From assembly GCA_902598265.1 (NCBI GenBank), contig CACKAY010000001.1, positions 77,511-141,510 of the forward strand: 64,000 nucleotides of DNA, written 5' to 3'. Each line of letters begins with the position of its first letter. Position 1 is the first letter of the stretch. This stretch comes from an uncultured Pelagibacteraceae bacterium (GTDB taxonomy: Bacteria; Pseudomonadota; Alphaproteobacteria; Pelagibacterales; Pelagibacteraceae). Shown piece by piece: positions 42,533 through 52,028 of the stretch. The notes below the pieces were generated by a model. The model did not search any database and had not been told where the DNA came from. It saw only the letters and a program-made list of their open reading frames with translations. The position numbers and the translations under genes were made by a program.

Positions 42533-44254
42533 TTATTTCTTTTCTTTCTTTTTAAGGTCTTCTGACAAAGATGAAAAAGGTAAATTTTTTCCTGAACCTT
42601 CAGCACCATATTTCTTTAAAGCTTCCTTTTTTTCTATTTCTTCTAAAAGTTTAATACTTAAAATCACTTTTCTTTTCTCTAAATCTAGTTCTGCAATTGC
42701 ACAATCTATTCTTTCTCCACCAGTAAATCTTGAAGTTCTCGTGTCAGCAGTATTAATTGCAATATTGCTTTTTTTAATTGGGAAATCTATTTCACATCCT
42801 TCTGGTCTAACAATTAAACCTTTAGAGTCTGTCGAAATAATTTTTACAGTAATCGTTTGTTTTACTTTTTTGTCATTAAACCAATCAAATGGGTCTGGTT
42901 GTGTTTGTCTAAATCCAACTCTAATTTTTTGATCAGAAACTTTTATTTCCAAAACTTTAACTTTAATTTTATCACCTTTTTTATAATTATTGAGTTCTTG
43001 TTCTCCATTATTTGAATAAGTTAAATCGTTACAATGTAAAAATGCATCAACCTCTAAATTTTCAACTTTTACGAATAAAGAATACTCATTTTTATTTACC
43101 ACTTCTCCCTCAACAATACTTCCAACTGGAAATTTTTTTTCAAAAAGCTCAAATGGATTTTCTAAAGTTAATCTATGTGAAATAGCTACTCTTCTTTTCT
43201 CTTTATCAATTTCAGTTATTACACAATCTATTATATCATTTACTTTAAACATTTTTTTTGTAGACGTATTTTTTTTGTTCCAACTGAGTTCACTTGAGTG
43301 AAGTAAAGTTGTAAGTCCAGGTTCTAACTCACAAAAAGCTCCAAAGTCCATAATTTTAACAACTTTTACTTTGTAAACTTTGTTTAATTGGTAATTTTCA
43401 ATATGCTCAAACGGATCTGGTGATAATTGTTTTACACTGCAACCCACTTGTAATTTTTCTTTATCAACTGATATGACCTTAAGGTCATGTTTTTCGCCAA
43501 TATTAAAAACTTCATCAGGATGATTAACTCTTGAATAAGATATCTCTTGTAAATGAACTAAAACATCCAGTTCTCCATTCACATTAAAAAAGCATCCAAA
43601 TGTGCTATAGCCTTTTACCTCTGCACCTTTGATAATATCTCCAACTTTGTATTTCTCTATGATTTTTGCTTTATCCTCTTTTTTAAAGGATGAAATAATT
43701 TCTCTTCTAGATACACAAGCATTACCTCTAACTCTATCTAATTTTATCAAGGCAAATTTTTGAGGTTCATTCATAAGGTGACTAATATCCTTAAGAGGTT
43801 TATCGCTGATCTGGGATCCAGGCAAAAACATTAGAGAGCCCGTATCTATGTGTTCTACGATGCAACCCCCTTTACATTTCGATGTTATCTTGCCCATGAT
43901 TGGTTGATTTTTTTCGTAGGCTTCAACTAATTTATCCCAACCTTTTATTTTTTGGGCTTTGTTAGCAGAAACTAAAACTTCACCATTTCTATCTTCAATC
44001 TTTTCTAATAATACTGAAATTGTTTCACCCAATTTTATCTTTTCCCCTAAACCCATACTCTTAAGTTCGTTTATATCTAGTACGGGCTCACTCTTTAGAC
44101 CTTCAACAAAAAGAAAAACAAATTTGTCAGTTATTTTATTGATTTTTCCATCAATAATTTTTCCTTCTTCAATTTGTATTTTTGAAAGTTTTGAGTTTAA
44201 TAATTTTTCGAATTCTTTTGAGGCAGGATTAGTTAAATCTTTGTAAATTTCCAT
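42533..44254 (-). CDS. rpsA: 30S ribosomal protein S1
   Basis: Tandem S1 repeats (FLPGSQ, LHSSELSW). Follows cmk. Confidence 0.95.
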   Translation of the reverse strand: MEIYKDLTNPASKEFEKLLNSKLSKIQIEEGKIIDGKINKITDKFVFLFVEGLKSEPVLDINELKSMGLGEKIKLGETISVLLEKIEDRNGEVLVSANKAQKIKGWDKLVEAYEKNQPIMGKITSKCKGGCIVEHIDTGSLMFLPGSQISDKPLKDISHLMNEPQKFALIKLDRVRGNACVSRREIISSFKKEDKAKIIEKYKVGDIIKGAEVKGYSTFGCFFNVNGELDVLVHLQEISYSRVNHPDEVFNIGEKHDLKVISVDKEKLQVGCSVKQLSPDPFEHIENYQLNKVYKVKVVKIMDFGAFCELEPGLTTLLHSSELSWNKKNTSTKKMFKVNDIIDCVITEIDKEKRRVAISHRLTLENPFELFEKKFPVGSIVEGEVVNKNEYSLFVKVENLEVDAFLHCNDLTYSNNGEQELNNYKKGDKIKVKVLEIKVSDQKIRVGFRQTQPDPFDWFNDKKVKQTITVKIISTDSKGLIVRPEGCEIDFPIKKSNIAINTADTRTSRFTGGERIDCAIAELDLEKRKVILSIKLLEEIEKKEALKKYGAEGSGKNLPFSSLSEDLKKKEKK

Positions 44255-44910
44255 TAATTTTTAATTTTCCTATCTATAATTTTTTTTATTTTTAAAAAAC
44301 ACGCTTTTTTAGTTAAATTTGAGGTGTTTATCAATATAGAATCTTTAGTTTTCTTTAGCGGTGATATTCGTCGATTATAGTCACTTTTGTCACGTTTTAT
44401 TATACTTTTTAAGACAGTTGAGTATGAAATCTTTTTTTTTAGTTTTTTTAGTTCACTAAATCTTCTTTTAGCTCTAACCCGGATATTTGCAGTCACAAAA
44501 AACTTAAAATCTGCATCTGGCACAATTTTATAAGTTATATCCCTGCCATCCAAACAAGATCCATCGAATTTTTTTGGTGGGTTGTAAGCACAATTGACTT
44601 GAAAAGAATGCACAAGTTTTCTTATATTTTTATTTTTAGAAATTTTAGAGGCTTCATTACCCACTTCATCTGATAATAATTCTTTATTTTGAAGATTTTT
44701 CAGGTTCAGTTTTTTTATTTTTTTTTTTAAAAATTTAAAATTTAGTTTATTTTTTTTTCTGATTTTTATGAGAGCTATTAATCTATAAATTTTTCCTGTG
44801 TCTAAATATAGAAGATTATAGTGTTTGGAAATAGATTTAGCTAAAGTACCTGCACCTGCCGCTGCAGGAGAATCAATTGCAACCTTAATAAATTTTTTTT
44901 TTTTATTCAT
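44254..44910 (-). CDS. cmk: Cytidylate kinase (atypical P-loop)
   Basis: YLDTG.IYR, DGRDI, RD..D..R..SPL. Lies between aroA and rpsA. Confidence 0.9.
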   Translation of the reverse strand: MNKKKKFIKVAIDSPAAAGAGTLAKSISKHYNLLYLDTGKIYRLIALIKIRKKNKLNFKFLKKKIKKLNLKNLQNKELLSDEVGNEASKISKNKNIRKLVHSFQVNCAYNPPKKFDGSCLDGRDITYKIVPDADFKFFVTANIRVRAKRRFSELKKLKKKISYSTVLKSIIKRDKSDYNRRISPLKKTKDSILINTSNLTKKACFLKIKKIIDRKIKN

Positions 44911-46225
44911 TCTTGAATGTATTTATAATTTTTAAAAAAGATGGGAAAGAAGTTTTGATAGCATCTTTATCATGAATATGCCACTCACCACCAAAAGATA
45001 ATGCAGCTATAACACTGGCCATAAAAACTCTGTGGTCTTTCAAGTATTTTTGAATAACAATTTTTTTTTTTATTTCTAATTGTGGATTCCCAAAAATTTT
45101 AATTGAGTTTTTAGTAGCAATAACTTTCACACCCATCATCTTTAAAATTTTTGAACCCCATTTTAACCTTGGACTTTCTTTCTTATTAAGTTCATCTAAA
45201 TTTCTAAAAATTGACACACCTTTAGCTTTGGCAGCTATTAAAAAGATTACCAGAAATTCATCTATAGCCCCGCTGTTTAATTTTGATGGACAATTAATAG
45301 ATTTTAGATTTTTTGGGCTTTTAACTAAAATGTCTGCAATTGCCTCTCCTTTATAATTTTTTTTTTTGATGAATAAAATTTTTACTCCCATTTTTTTTAA
45401 AATATTTATTATACCAGTTCTTGTTGGATTTATATTTACGTTTTTGATTATTAATTTTGATTTTTTAGTAAGTACAGTTAAAGCAATAAAAAAGGCCCCA
45501 GAACTTATGTCGGATGGAACATTGTAATTTATTGGTTTAATTTTGTTTACTTTGTGAATTTCAATTAAGTCAAAATTTTTATTTTTTTTTACTTTAATCG
45601 GAAGTTTCAAATACTTTAACAAAAGTTCTGTGTGGTCTCTTGATTTTTTTGCTTTTATAATTGTTTTTCCATCAGCTTTTAAACCTGCAAAAATTACAGA
45701 ACTTTTACATTGTGCGGATCCTTTATTTTCAAAAAATCTAATTGGTTTTAATTTTTTTGATCCATTGATAATTAGAGGTAGGTTACAATTATTTTTAAGA
45801 CTGAATGAGGCTCCAAATTTTCTCAAAGGCACAGCTATTCTTTTAAAATCTCTTTTTGATAAACTCTTATCACCAATAATTTTTATTGGAAAAGGAAAGT
45901 CAACTAAAATGCCAGAAATCAACCTTCCAAGTGTACCTGAATTTTGTGCATTTATTAAAAGATTTTTTCTATATTTAAAGCCCCGCATACCTACACCATG
46001 TATTTTGCAAATATTTTTTTTTACCAAAACTTTGACACCTAATTTCTTAATTGCTTGTATAGAAGCATAAACATCCTCTGACATTAATAAATTTTTAACC
46101 TTAGAAGTTCCACTTGCCAGAGATGAAATAAGTATCAATCTTATACTGATGCTTTTGTCGCCGGGAATCGAAATTTTTTTATAAAAATTACAAATTTTTT
46201 CTTTTACAATAATTTTATTTGGCAT
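44903..46225 (-). CDS. aroA: EPSP synthase
   Basis: PGDKSIS, NSGT, SAQCKS, RDHTE, IDE, KES.R, DHR, TSFP. Confidence 0.95.
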   Translation of the reverse strand: MPNKIIVKEKICNFYKKISIPGDKSISIRLILISSLASGTSKVKNLLMSEDVYASIQAIKKLGVKVLVKKNICKIHGVGMRGFKYRKNLLINAQNSGTLGRLISGILVDFPFPIKIIGDKSLSKRDFKRIAVPLRKFGASFSLKNNCNLPLIINGSKKLKPIRFFENKGSAQCKSSVIFAGLKADGKTIIKAKKSRDHTELLLKYLKLPIKVKKNKNFDLIEIHKVNKIKPINYNVPSDISSGAFFIALTVLTKKSKLIIKNVNINPTRTGIINILKKMGVKILFIKKKNYKGEAIADILVKSPKNLKSINCPSKLNSGAIDEFLVIFLIAAKAKGVSIFRNLDELNKKESPRLKWGSKILKMMGVKVIATKNSIKIFGNPQLEIKKKIVIQKYLKDHRVFMASVIAALSFGGEWHIHDKDAIKTSFPSFLKIINTFKNE

Positions 46226-46231
46226 TGAGTA

Positions 46232-47008
46232 TTAATTAAATTTAAAACTATTACCAAAATAAGCATTTTTTGCGTTATTATCTTTAACAAGATTTGATGG
46301 AGTATCCTGAGCAATCACTTTACAATTACTTAAGATCATCGCAACATCAACACATGCTAATAAATCCCTAGCTTGATGATCACATATACAAATAGTAATC
46401 TGATTTTCTTGTTGTAAATTAACTATAATTTCTTGCAACATTTTTATTGTTAAAACATCTAAAGCTGCAAAACATTCATCTAATAATAGCACTTTTGGAT
46501 TGCTAAGAAGTGATAAAGAAATTACTAATTTCTTTTTTTGACCTCCTGACAAAAACTTTGCTTTAATATTTTTTATATTTTCAAGTTCAAACTTTGATAA
46601 CAAATAGTCAATCCTTTCTTGTCTAACATTCTTATCCTCTATTACTATTTCGCTAATAGCTTTTAAATTATCATGAAGAGTCAAATCATTAAAAAAACCA
46701 CCATATTGTGGCACATATCCAACTTTAAATTTTTTAGTTCTTAAATATATCGGGTATTGTGAAACATCCTCTCCATTAATTTTAATTTTCCCGTATTTCG
46801 GGCTTATAAGTCCTGTAATTAGGTTGAAAATTGTTGATTTCCCCACACCATTTGGACCAAGCATACCAAAAATTTGACCTTCATTAATTTTAAAATTTAT
46901 GTTGTCTAAAATTATTCTATTTCCATAAGCAAGAGTTACATTTTCAAATTCAATAATCGATTTAATTTTTTTAAAAGATTTTATTCTAAATTTCTTTATT
47001 AGGGCCAT
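46232..47008 (-). CDS. lptB: LPS export ABC transporter ATPase
   Basis: GPNGVGKST, GYVPQ, LSGG, LLLDE, DH, AYFG..F. Next to lptC and kdsD. Confidence 0.85.
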   Translation of the reverse strand: MALIKKFRIKSFKKIKSIIEFENVTLAYGNRIILDNINFKINEGQIFGMLGPNGVGKSTIFNLITGLISPKYGKIKINGEDVSQYPIYLRTKKFKVGYVPQYGGFFNDLTLHDNLKAISEIVIEDKNVRQERIDYLLSKFELENIKNIKAKFLSGGQKKKLVISLSLLSNPKVLLLDECFAALDVLTIKMLQEIIVNLQQENQITICICDHQARDLLACVDVAMILSNCKVIAQDTPSNLVKDNNAKNAYFGNSFKFN

Positions 47009-47010
47009 TA

Positions 47011-47613
47011 TTAATTTAAAGATTTTATATTAACTTTTTTATTTTCTTCATACATATATATTTTTATATCTCTTGTCTCAATATTCACCTCTATTACATC
47101 AGCTTGAAGAGAGCTTTTGTTATTTTTCAAAATTACATCTCTAGAAATTATCATTAAATTCTTTTCCCACGAAAAATCAAGATAATCACCAGTAATTTTA
47201 TTATCTAGGTAAGTAATTATTACATTTTTTGAAAAAATAGTATCATAATTGTTAATATTATACTTACCGAAGTCTGATGAAATCTGTACTAAATTGTAAT
47301 TTTTTAAATTTATTAATGCATTCACTGATTTTAAAAAAATATAATTGCTGTCATTCTGATCTATTGTTCCCTTGCTTGCCTTTAAAAGATACTCATTTCC
47401 TTTTGTATCTTTTGCAGAATAACTTACGTCTTCTATAATATTTGAGCTTTCAATCCTCTCTTCAGTAATTTCAATATTTTTTTTTTCTGTTAATTCTATT
47501 TTTTTCTTTTTTTCTATTAATTTTTTATCACTATCTGACTTTAAATAGAAAAAAATTAAAAGAGCAAAAAAAAAGAATATTAAAGAAACGCCTAAAAAAA
47601 TTTTTATTTTCAT
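47011..47613 (-). CDS. lptC: LptC/LptA-like beta-jellyroll LPS export protein
   Basis: N-terminal TM helix followed by a beta-rich periplasmic domain. Between kdsD and lptB. Confidence 0.65.
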   Translation of the reverse strand: MKIKIFLGVSLIFFFFALLIFFYLKSDSDKKLIEKKKKIELTEKKNIEITEERIESSNIIEDVSYSAKDTKGNEYLLKASKGTIDQNDSNYIFLKSVNALINLKNYNLVQISSDFGKYNINNYDTIFSKNVIITYLDNKITGDYLDFSWEKNLMIISRDVILKNNKSSLQADVIEVNIETRDIKIYMYEENKKVNIKSLN

Positions 47614-48581
47614 TAAGAAATATTCGATTGTAATATGTTATGTATATGAATTACTCCAATTGTTTTTAACTTATTTCTTTTTTCATAAACACATAAAGAA
47701 GTAATCTTTTTATTATTCATTAAAGATAATGCTTTTGCTGCTAATTCATTTTTGTTTATACCAATAGGGTTTTTTGTCATAATCTTTCTCACGGAAGTAT
47801 TATGTAAATTTTGATTTTTTTGACTAAATCTTCTTAGTTCACCATCAGTGATTATACCTCTAGTCAATTTTTTTTTATCTCTTACTAATAAAAAGCCAAG
47901 TCTTTTTGAGCTTAAAATTTTTAAAGCATCTTTCATTTTAACATTTTCACTAACAAAAGGAATTGCATTATTTTTTAACATTATATCCTCAACAGTTTTT
48001 AATTGTGCACCTAAACTTCCTGCTGGATGAATTTTTTTGAAATCCTTTTTGTTAAATTTTCTTTGCTTCATAGCTGCAATTGCCAAAGCATCCCCTAAGG
48101 CAAGTTGAGAAGTTGTACTTGAAGTTGGTATAATCCCACCTGCCTCTATTGCTTTCGGAATAAATAATTTTATGTCTGCAGACCTGTACAGAACCGATTT
48201 TTTTTGTGAGACTATTCCAATAAGTAAGATTTTATTTCTATTAGCAAATTGAATAATATTTTTTAATTCATTTGTTTCTCCCGAATTACTAATCAAAATT
48301 AAAATATCTTTCTTTGAAATACTTCCCAAATCTCCATGAGAAGAATCATTTGCTGAAAGATAAAATGCTGGTGTGCCAACAGATGAAAAAGTTGAAGCAA
48401 TTTTATTTGCGATCAATCCACTTTTTCCAACGCCACATAAAACTACTTTTGATTGGCATTTAAGTATATGCTGGACTGCTAGGTTAAATGAATTATTTAG
48501 ATTATTTCTCAATTTAACTAATGCTTTAATTTCAAGATCGATTACTTCTTTTGCAACTTTAATAAAATTTTTTTTTTTCAT
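47613..48581 (-). CDS. kdsD: Arabinose-5-phosphate isomerase (KpsF/GutQ)
   Basis: GVGKSG, HGDLG, SNSGET, PTSST, HPAGSLG, CBS pair. Confidence 0.93.
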   Translation of the reverse strand: MKKKNFIKVAKEVIDLEIKALVKLRNNLNNSFNLAVQHILKCQSKVVLCGVGKSGLIANKIASTFSSVGTPAFYLSANDSSHGDLGSISKKDILILISNSGETNELKNIIQFANRNKILLIGIVSQKKSVLYRSADIKLFIPKAIEAGGIIPTSSTTSQLALGDALAIAAMKQRKFNKKDFKKIHPAGSLGAQLKTVEDIMLKNNAIPFVSENVKMKDALKILSSKRLGFLLVRDKKKLTRGIITDGELRRFSQKNQNLHNTSVRKIMTKNPIGINKNELAAKALSLMNNKKITSLCVYEKRNKLKTIGVIHIHNILQSNIS

Positions 48582-49193
48582 TTAGTGGGACCAAATATCA
48601 TCCTTAAATAATGCTAAATCAAGTTCTACTCTTGTTTTCAGAAATTTAAGACAATCTTTATATAAATCAATTCTTTTCTCTCTCTCTAAAATTTTATTTA
48701 ACTCATCATGAATTTTGTGAAGATATATTACATCATTTGCGCAATACTTCATTTGAGCCGGCGTCAAATCACCCCCAAAATCTGAATTTTGAAATTGTTT
48801 ACTGATATCTATGTTTGTAAATTCTTTAATTAAAGTTTTAAGGGAATGGTTATCAGCATAACTTCTTGCCAAACGGCTAGCAATTTTAGTATCAAGAATA
48901 TTATTTGTATCAGTTTTCAAATAATATTTTATGTGAGCTAAGTCTGCTCTGCCATAATGAAAAATTTTTGTAATTTTTTTATCAAATAATATTTTTATCA
49001 AATTTGGTGCTTGATAATTTGATCTATCTAGTTGAATTATATGCGCATCAGAATTGCCAGAGGAAATTTGGATTAAACACAAAGGATCACGTCTGACATT
49101 TAGACCCATGAACTCCCCATCAACAGCTATTACATTGCCTAAATCTAAATCATCTGGTAAATCATTTTTGTGAAGTTTGATATCAATATTCAT
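48582..49193 (-). CDS. rnd: Ribonuclease D-like 3'-5' exonuclease
   Basis: AVDGEFMGL...RD.LCLIQ, FHYGRAD, DTKIAS, YCANDV. Confidence 0.88.
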   Translation of the reverse strand: MNIDIKLHKNDLPDDLDLGNVIAVDGEFMGLNVRRDPLCLIQISSGNSDAHIIQLDRSNYQAPNLIKILFDKKITKIFHYGRADLAHIKYYLKTDTNNILDTKIASRLARSYADNHSLKTLIKEFTNIDISKQFQNSDFGGDLTPAQMKYCANDVIYLHKIHDELNKILEREKRIDLYKDCLKFLKTRVELDLALFKDDIWSH

Positions 49194-49211
49194 TTGTAAA
49201 GACTTATATAT

Positions 49212-50165
49212 ATGAAAGCAAAAAATTGTCTAATTTTTGGTGGAAGTGGTCAAATTGGACGTCATCTAATTAGAAAGTTAACAAAAAATGACTACAAGGT
49301 TATTGTTGTTACGAGGAACATACATCAAAAGGGTCATATTATCAAAACCCAAGGAAATGCAGGCTATATTGATATTGTAGAGGCAAATATTTTTGATGAA
49401 GTTAAAATTAAAAGATTATTTGAAAAAGCAGATATTTGTATAAACTTAATCGGTATATTATTCGAAAAAAAAGGAAGCTCTTTTAAAAATATTCATACTT
49501 TGTTTCCTTCATTGCTAGCAAAACTTAGTAAGCAGAATAATTTGAAACATTTAATTCATTTATCAGCATTAGGGGTCAATGAGGCACTAGACTCTCACTA
49601 TGCCAAAAGTAAGTTAGAAGGCGAAAAAGAAATATTAAAAAATTTTCCTTTATCGACAATTTTAAGACCTTCCGTTGTTTACTCTGTTGATGACAATTTT
49701 ACGACTAATTTTATGACTTTGTTAAATAGGCTACCAGTATTTCCGCTTTATTATAATGGACAAACAAAGTTTATGCCAATCCATTCTTCAGATCTAGTTG
49801 ATATTATCTATAATATAATATCAAAAAAAATTTATTCTCAAGTTATTGAGTGTGTTGGTAACGAGACATTGACGCTGAAAGATATAATTGAAAAATTATT
49901 GAATTTAATTAATAAAAAGAGAATTTTATTGCCCATTCCTTTATTTTTTGGAAAATTAACTGCAAAATTTTTTCAATTATTTCCTGAACCATTGCTTACA
50001 GAAGATCAACTCAGGCTTTTAAAATACAATAATATTCCGTCAGGAAAGTATAAGACAAACATAGATATTGGATTTCCAGCGAAATGCCTATTTGAGAAAG
50101 AAGTAGAGAAGTATTGTTATATGTGGAGACAAGGTGGACAATTCTCAAAAAAAAGTATGTATTAG
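49212..50165 (+). CDS. Complex I NDUFA9-family atypical SDR
   Basis: FGGSGQIG, INLIGIL.E, SALG, YAKSKLEGE, LRPSVV. Confidence 0.85.
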   Translation: MKAKNCLIFGGSGQIGRHLIRKLTKNDYKVIVVTRNIHQKGHIIKTQGNAGYIDIVEANIFDEVKIKRLFEKADICINLIGILFEKKGSSFKNIHTLFPSLLAKLSKQNNLKHLIHLSALGVNEALDSHYAKSKLEGEKEILKNFPLSTILRPSVVYSVDDNFTTNFMTLLNRLPVFPLYYNGQTKFMPIHSSDLVDIIYNIISKKIYSQVIECVGNETLTLKDIIEKLLNLINKKRILLPIPLFFGKLTAKFFQLFPEPLLTEDQLRLLKYNNIPSGKYKTNIDIGFPAKCLFEKEVEKYCYMWRQGGQFSKKSMY

Positions 50166-50183
50166 AAAAAGCTTTTACAAATT

Positions 50184-50678
50184 CTAAGCTGATTTAATTT
50201 TTTTCTCTATAAATTCTGGGACCTCATCTTTATCTGTTACGTCATCTTTCTTTCCTTTTGGTTGATAAGCATAGAGTAAATGAAGTTTGCAATAAGAAAA
50301 ATCTTTTAATGATGTTCTCCCACAAAAATAAAAATCCTTTTCATTTGGATGACCGATTGGCCATTTACAGGAATTTTCATCTAACTCCTCTAGTGTTTTA
50401 GGATTTTCTGGCTCAAAATCTTTTTCAATGATAAGGGATTTAAATTTACTTCTTCTTCCTCTTTTTAATTTTATATTCTTGTTATCATTAGAGTTCTCAA
50501 AATGTTCATTAGAGGTTGCGGACCGAGTTTTTATTTTTGCTGAAAGGTTCAGTCTGTGAGCTTTACCAATAACTGCGTTTCTACTGATACCACCTATTAT
50601 CTCTGCAATTTGACTTGCAGTATTACCTTTGCCCCATAATTCTTTTAGCTTAGCTACTTTTTCATCTGTCCAACTCAT
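50184..50678 (-). CDS. gcrA: Cell-cycle regulator GcrA
   Basis: MSWTDE...LKELW..G..ASQIA..IGGISRNAVIGKAHRL, CKWPIGHP, FCG, YC..H...AYQ. Confidence 0.95.
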   Translation of the reverse strand: MSWTDEKVAKLKELWGKGNTASQIAEIIGGISRNAVIGKAHRLNLSAKIKTRSATSNEHFENSNDNKNIKLKRGRRSKFKSLIIEKDFEPENPKTLEELDENSCKWPIGHPNEKDFYFCGRTSLKDFSYCKLHLLYAYQPKGKKDDVTDKDEVPEFIEKKIKSA

Positions 50679-50863
50679 TATAAGTCTATATTTAGTGTTT
50701 AAATATAATTTTTACACAATATACTGATATAAATTTTATTTAAACAAGTAATTAATTTGAGTTATCAACAAAAAATCAGTTAACAAGTAAAATAGAAATA
50801 TTCAATCCTGACTTGTATTTAATATTATTGTTTATACAAAGTTTTGAAATAATAAAAAAATAT

Positions 50864-52027
50864 ATGAGCTATTTGGCAAAAAATTATAATAGAAAACAAA
50901 TTTCATTTGTAAAAGGCAAAGGATCTTATCTTTATACTGCGACTGGAGCTAAATATTTAGATTTTGTACAAGGTATAGCAGTTAATTGCTTAGGTCATGC
51001 TAATCCAAAATTAATTAAAACTATAAATAAACAATCAAAAAAGCTTTGGCATGTATCCAATGCTTTTCAAATTCCTGAGGGAGAAAAGTTAGCAAAAAAA
51101 TTATGTCAAAAGACTTTTGCAGATTACGTAATGTTTCAAAATAGTGGTGCAGAAGCTACTGAGGCTGCTATTAAAGCTGCTAGACGATATTTTTATTCAA
51201 TTGGTAAACCAAATAAAACAAGAATTTTATGTGTAAAAAATTCATTTCATGGAAGAACTTTAGCTACAATTTTTGCAAGTGGATCTAAGAAAATGACAGA
51301 AGGATTTGGACATGTGGGTGGTTTTGACCATTTTATTTTTGGAGACCACAAATCTTTAAAAAAAAAGATAACCAAAAATACAGCTGCAATCATGATTGAA
51401 CCTATAATGGGTGAAGGTGGTATTAAAGTTGTCCCAGATTGGTGTTTGAAAGAATTGCGAAAATTATGCAATAAAAAGAAAATATTACTCATTTTAGATG
51501 AGGTTCAATGTGGTATTTCGAGATCAGGTAATTTTTTTGCTTTTGAAAAATCAAAATGTGTTCCAGACATAGTCCCAATAGCAAAAGGTATTGGAGGTGG
51601 GTTTCCAATCGGAGCAGTTTTAATGAATAAAAAAGTTGCTGCGGGGATGACCCCAGGAACTCATGGCTCTACTTTTGGTGGAAATCCATTGGCAATGGCA
51701 GTTGGAAATGCTGTGATAGATATAGTTTCAAGCAAAAAATTTTTAAAAAACATTAAAGAATTATCTAAATACTTTTTTTCAAATTTAAACTTTCTTAAGA
51801 AAAAGTATCCCAAAGTTATCAAAGAGATTAGAGGAAAAGGTTATTTAATAGGAATTCAGCTTTATAAAGATCAAACAAAATTTATTCAAAAACTTATGAA
51901 TAAAAAGTTATTAACTATTAGAGCTGCAGAAAATGTTGTCCGTATTTTACCCCCACTAAATGTCAAAAAAAATGAGTTAGATCAAGCTATAAAAATTATC
52001 GACAAAGTTTGCGCAAAACTAAAATAA
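50864..52027 (+). CDS. argD: Acetylornithine aminotransferase
   Basis: GIAVNCLGH, NSGAEA.E, SFHGRT, DEVQCG, AKGIGGG, HGSTFGGNP. ATG 50864. Confidence 0.94.
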   Translation: MSYLAKNYNRKQISFVKGKGSYLYTATGAKYLDFVQGIAVNCLGHANPKLIKTINKQSKKLWHVSNAFQIPEGEKLAKKLCQKTFADYVMFQNSGAEATEAAIKAARRYFYSIGKPNKTRILCVKNSFHGRTLATIFASGSKKMTEGFGHVGGFDHFIFGDHKSLKKKITKNTAAIMIEPIMGEGGIKVVPDWCLKELRKLCNKKKILLILDEVQCGISRSGNFFAFEKSKCVPDIVPIAKGIGGGFPIGAVLMNKKVAAGMTPGTHGSTFGGNPLAMAVGNAVIDIVSSKKFLKNIKELSKYFFSNLNFLKKKYPKVIKEIRGKGYLIGIQLYKDQTKFIQKLMNKKLLTIRAAENVVRILPPLNVKKNELDQAIKIIDKVCAKLK

Positions 52028-52028
52028 A

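Noticed and set aside
50740-50755. CtrA box upstream of gcrA
   Set aside because: The spacing is TTAA-N8-TTAA rather than N7, and TTAA is very common in this AT-rich DNA.
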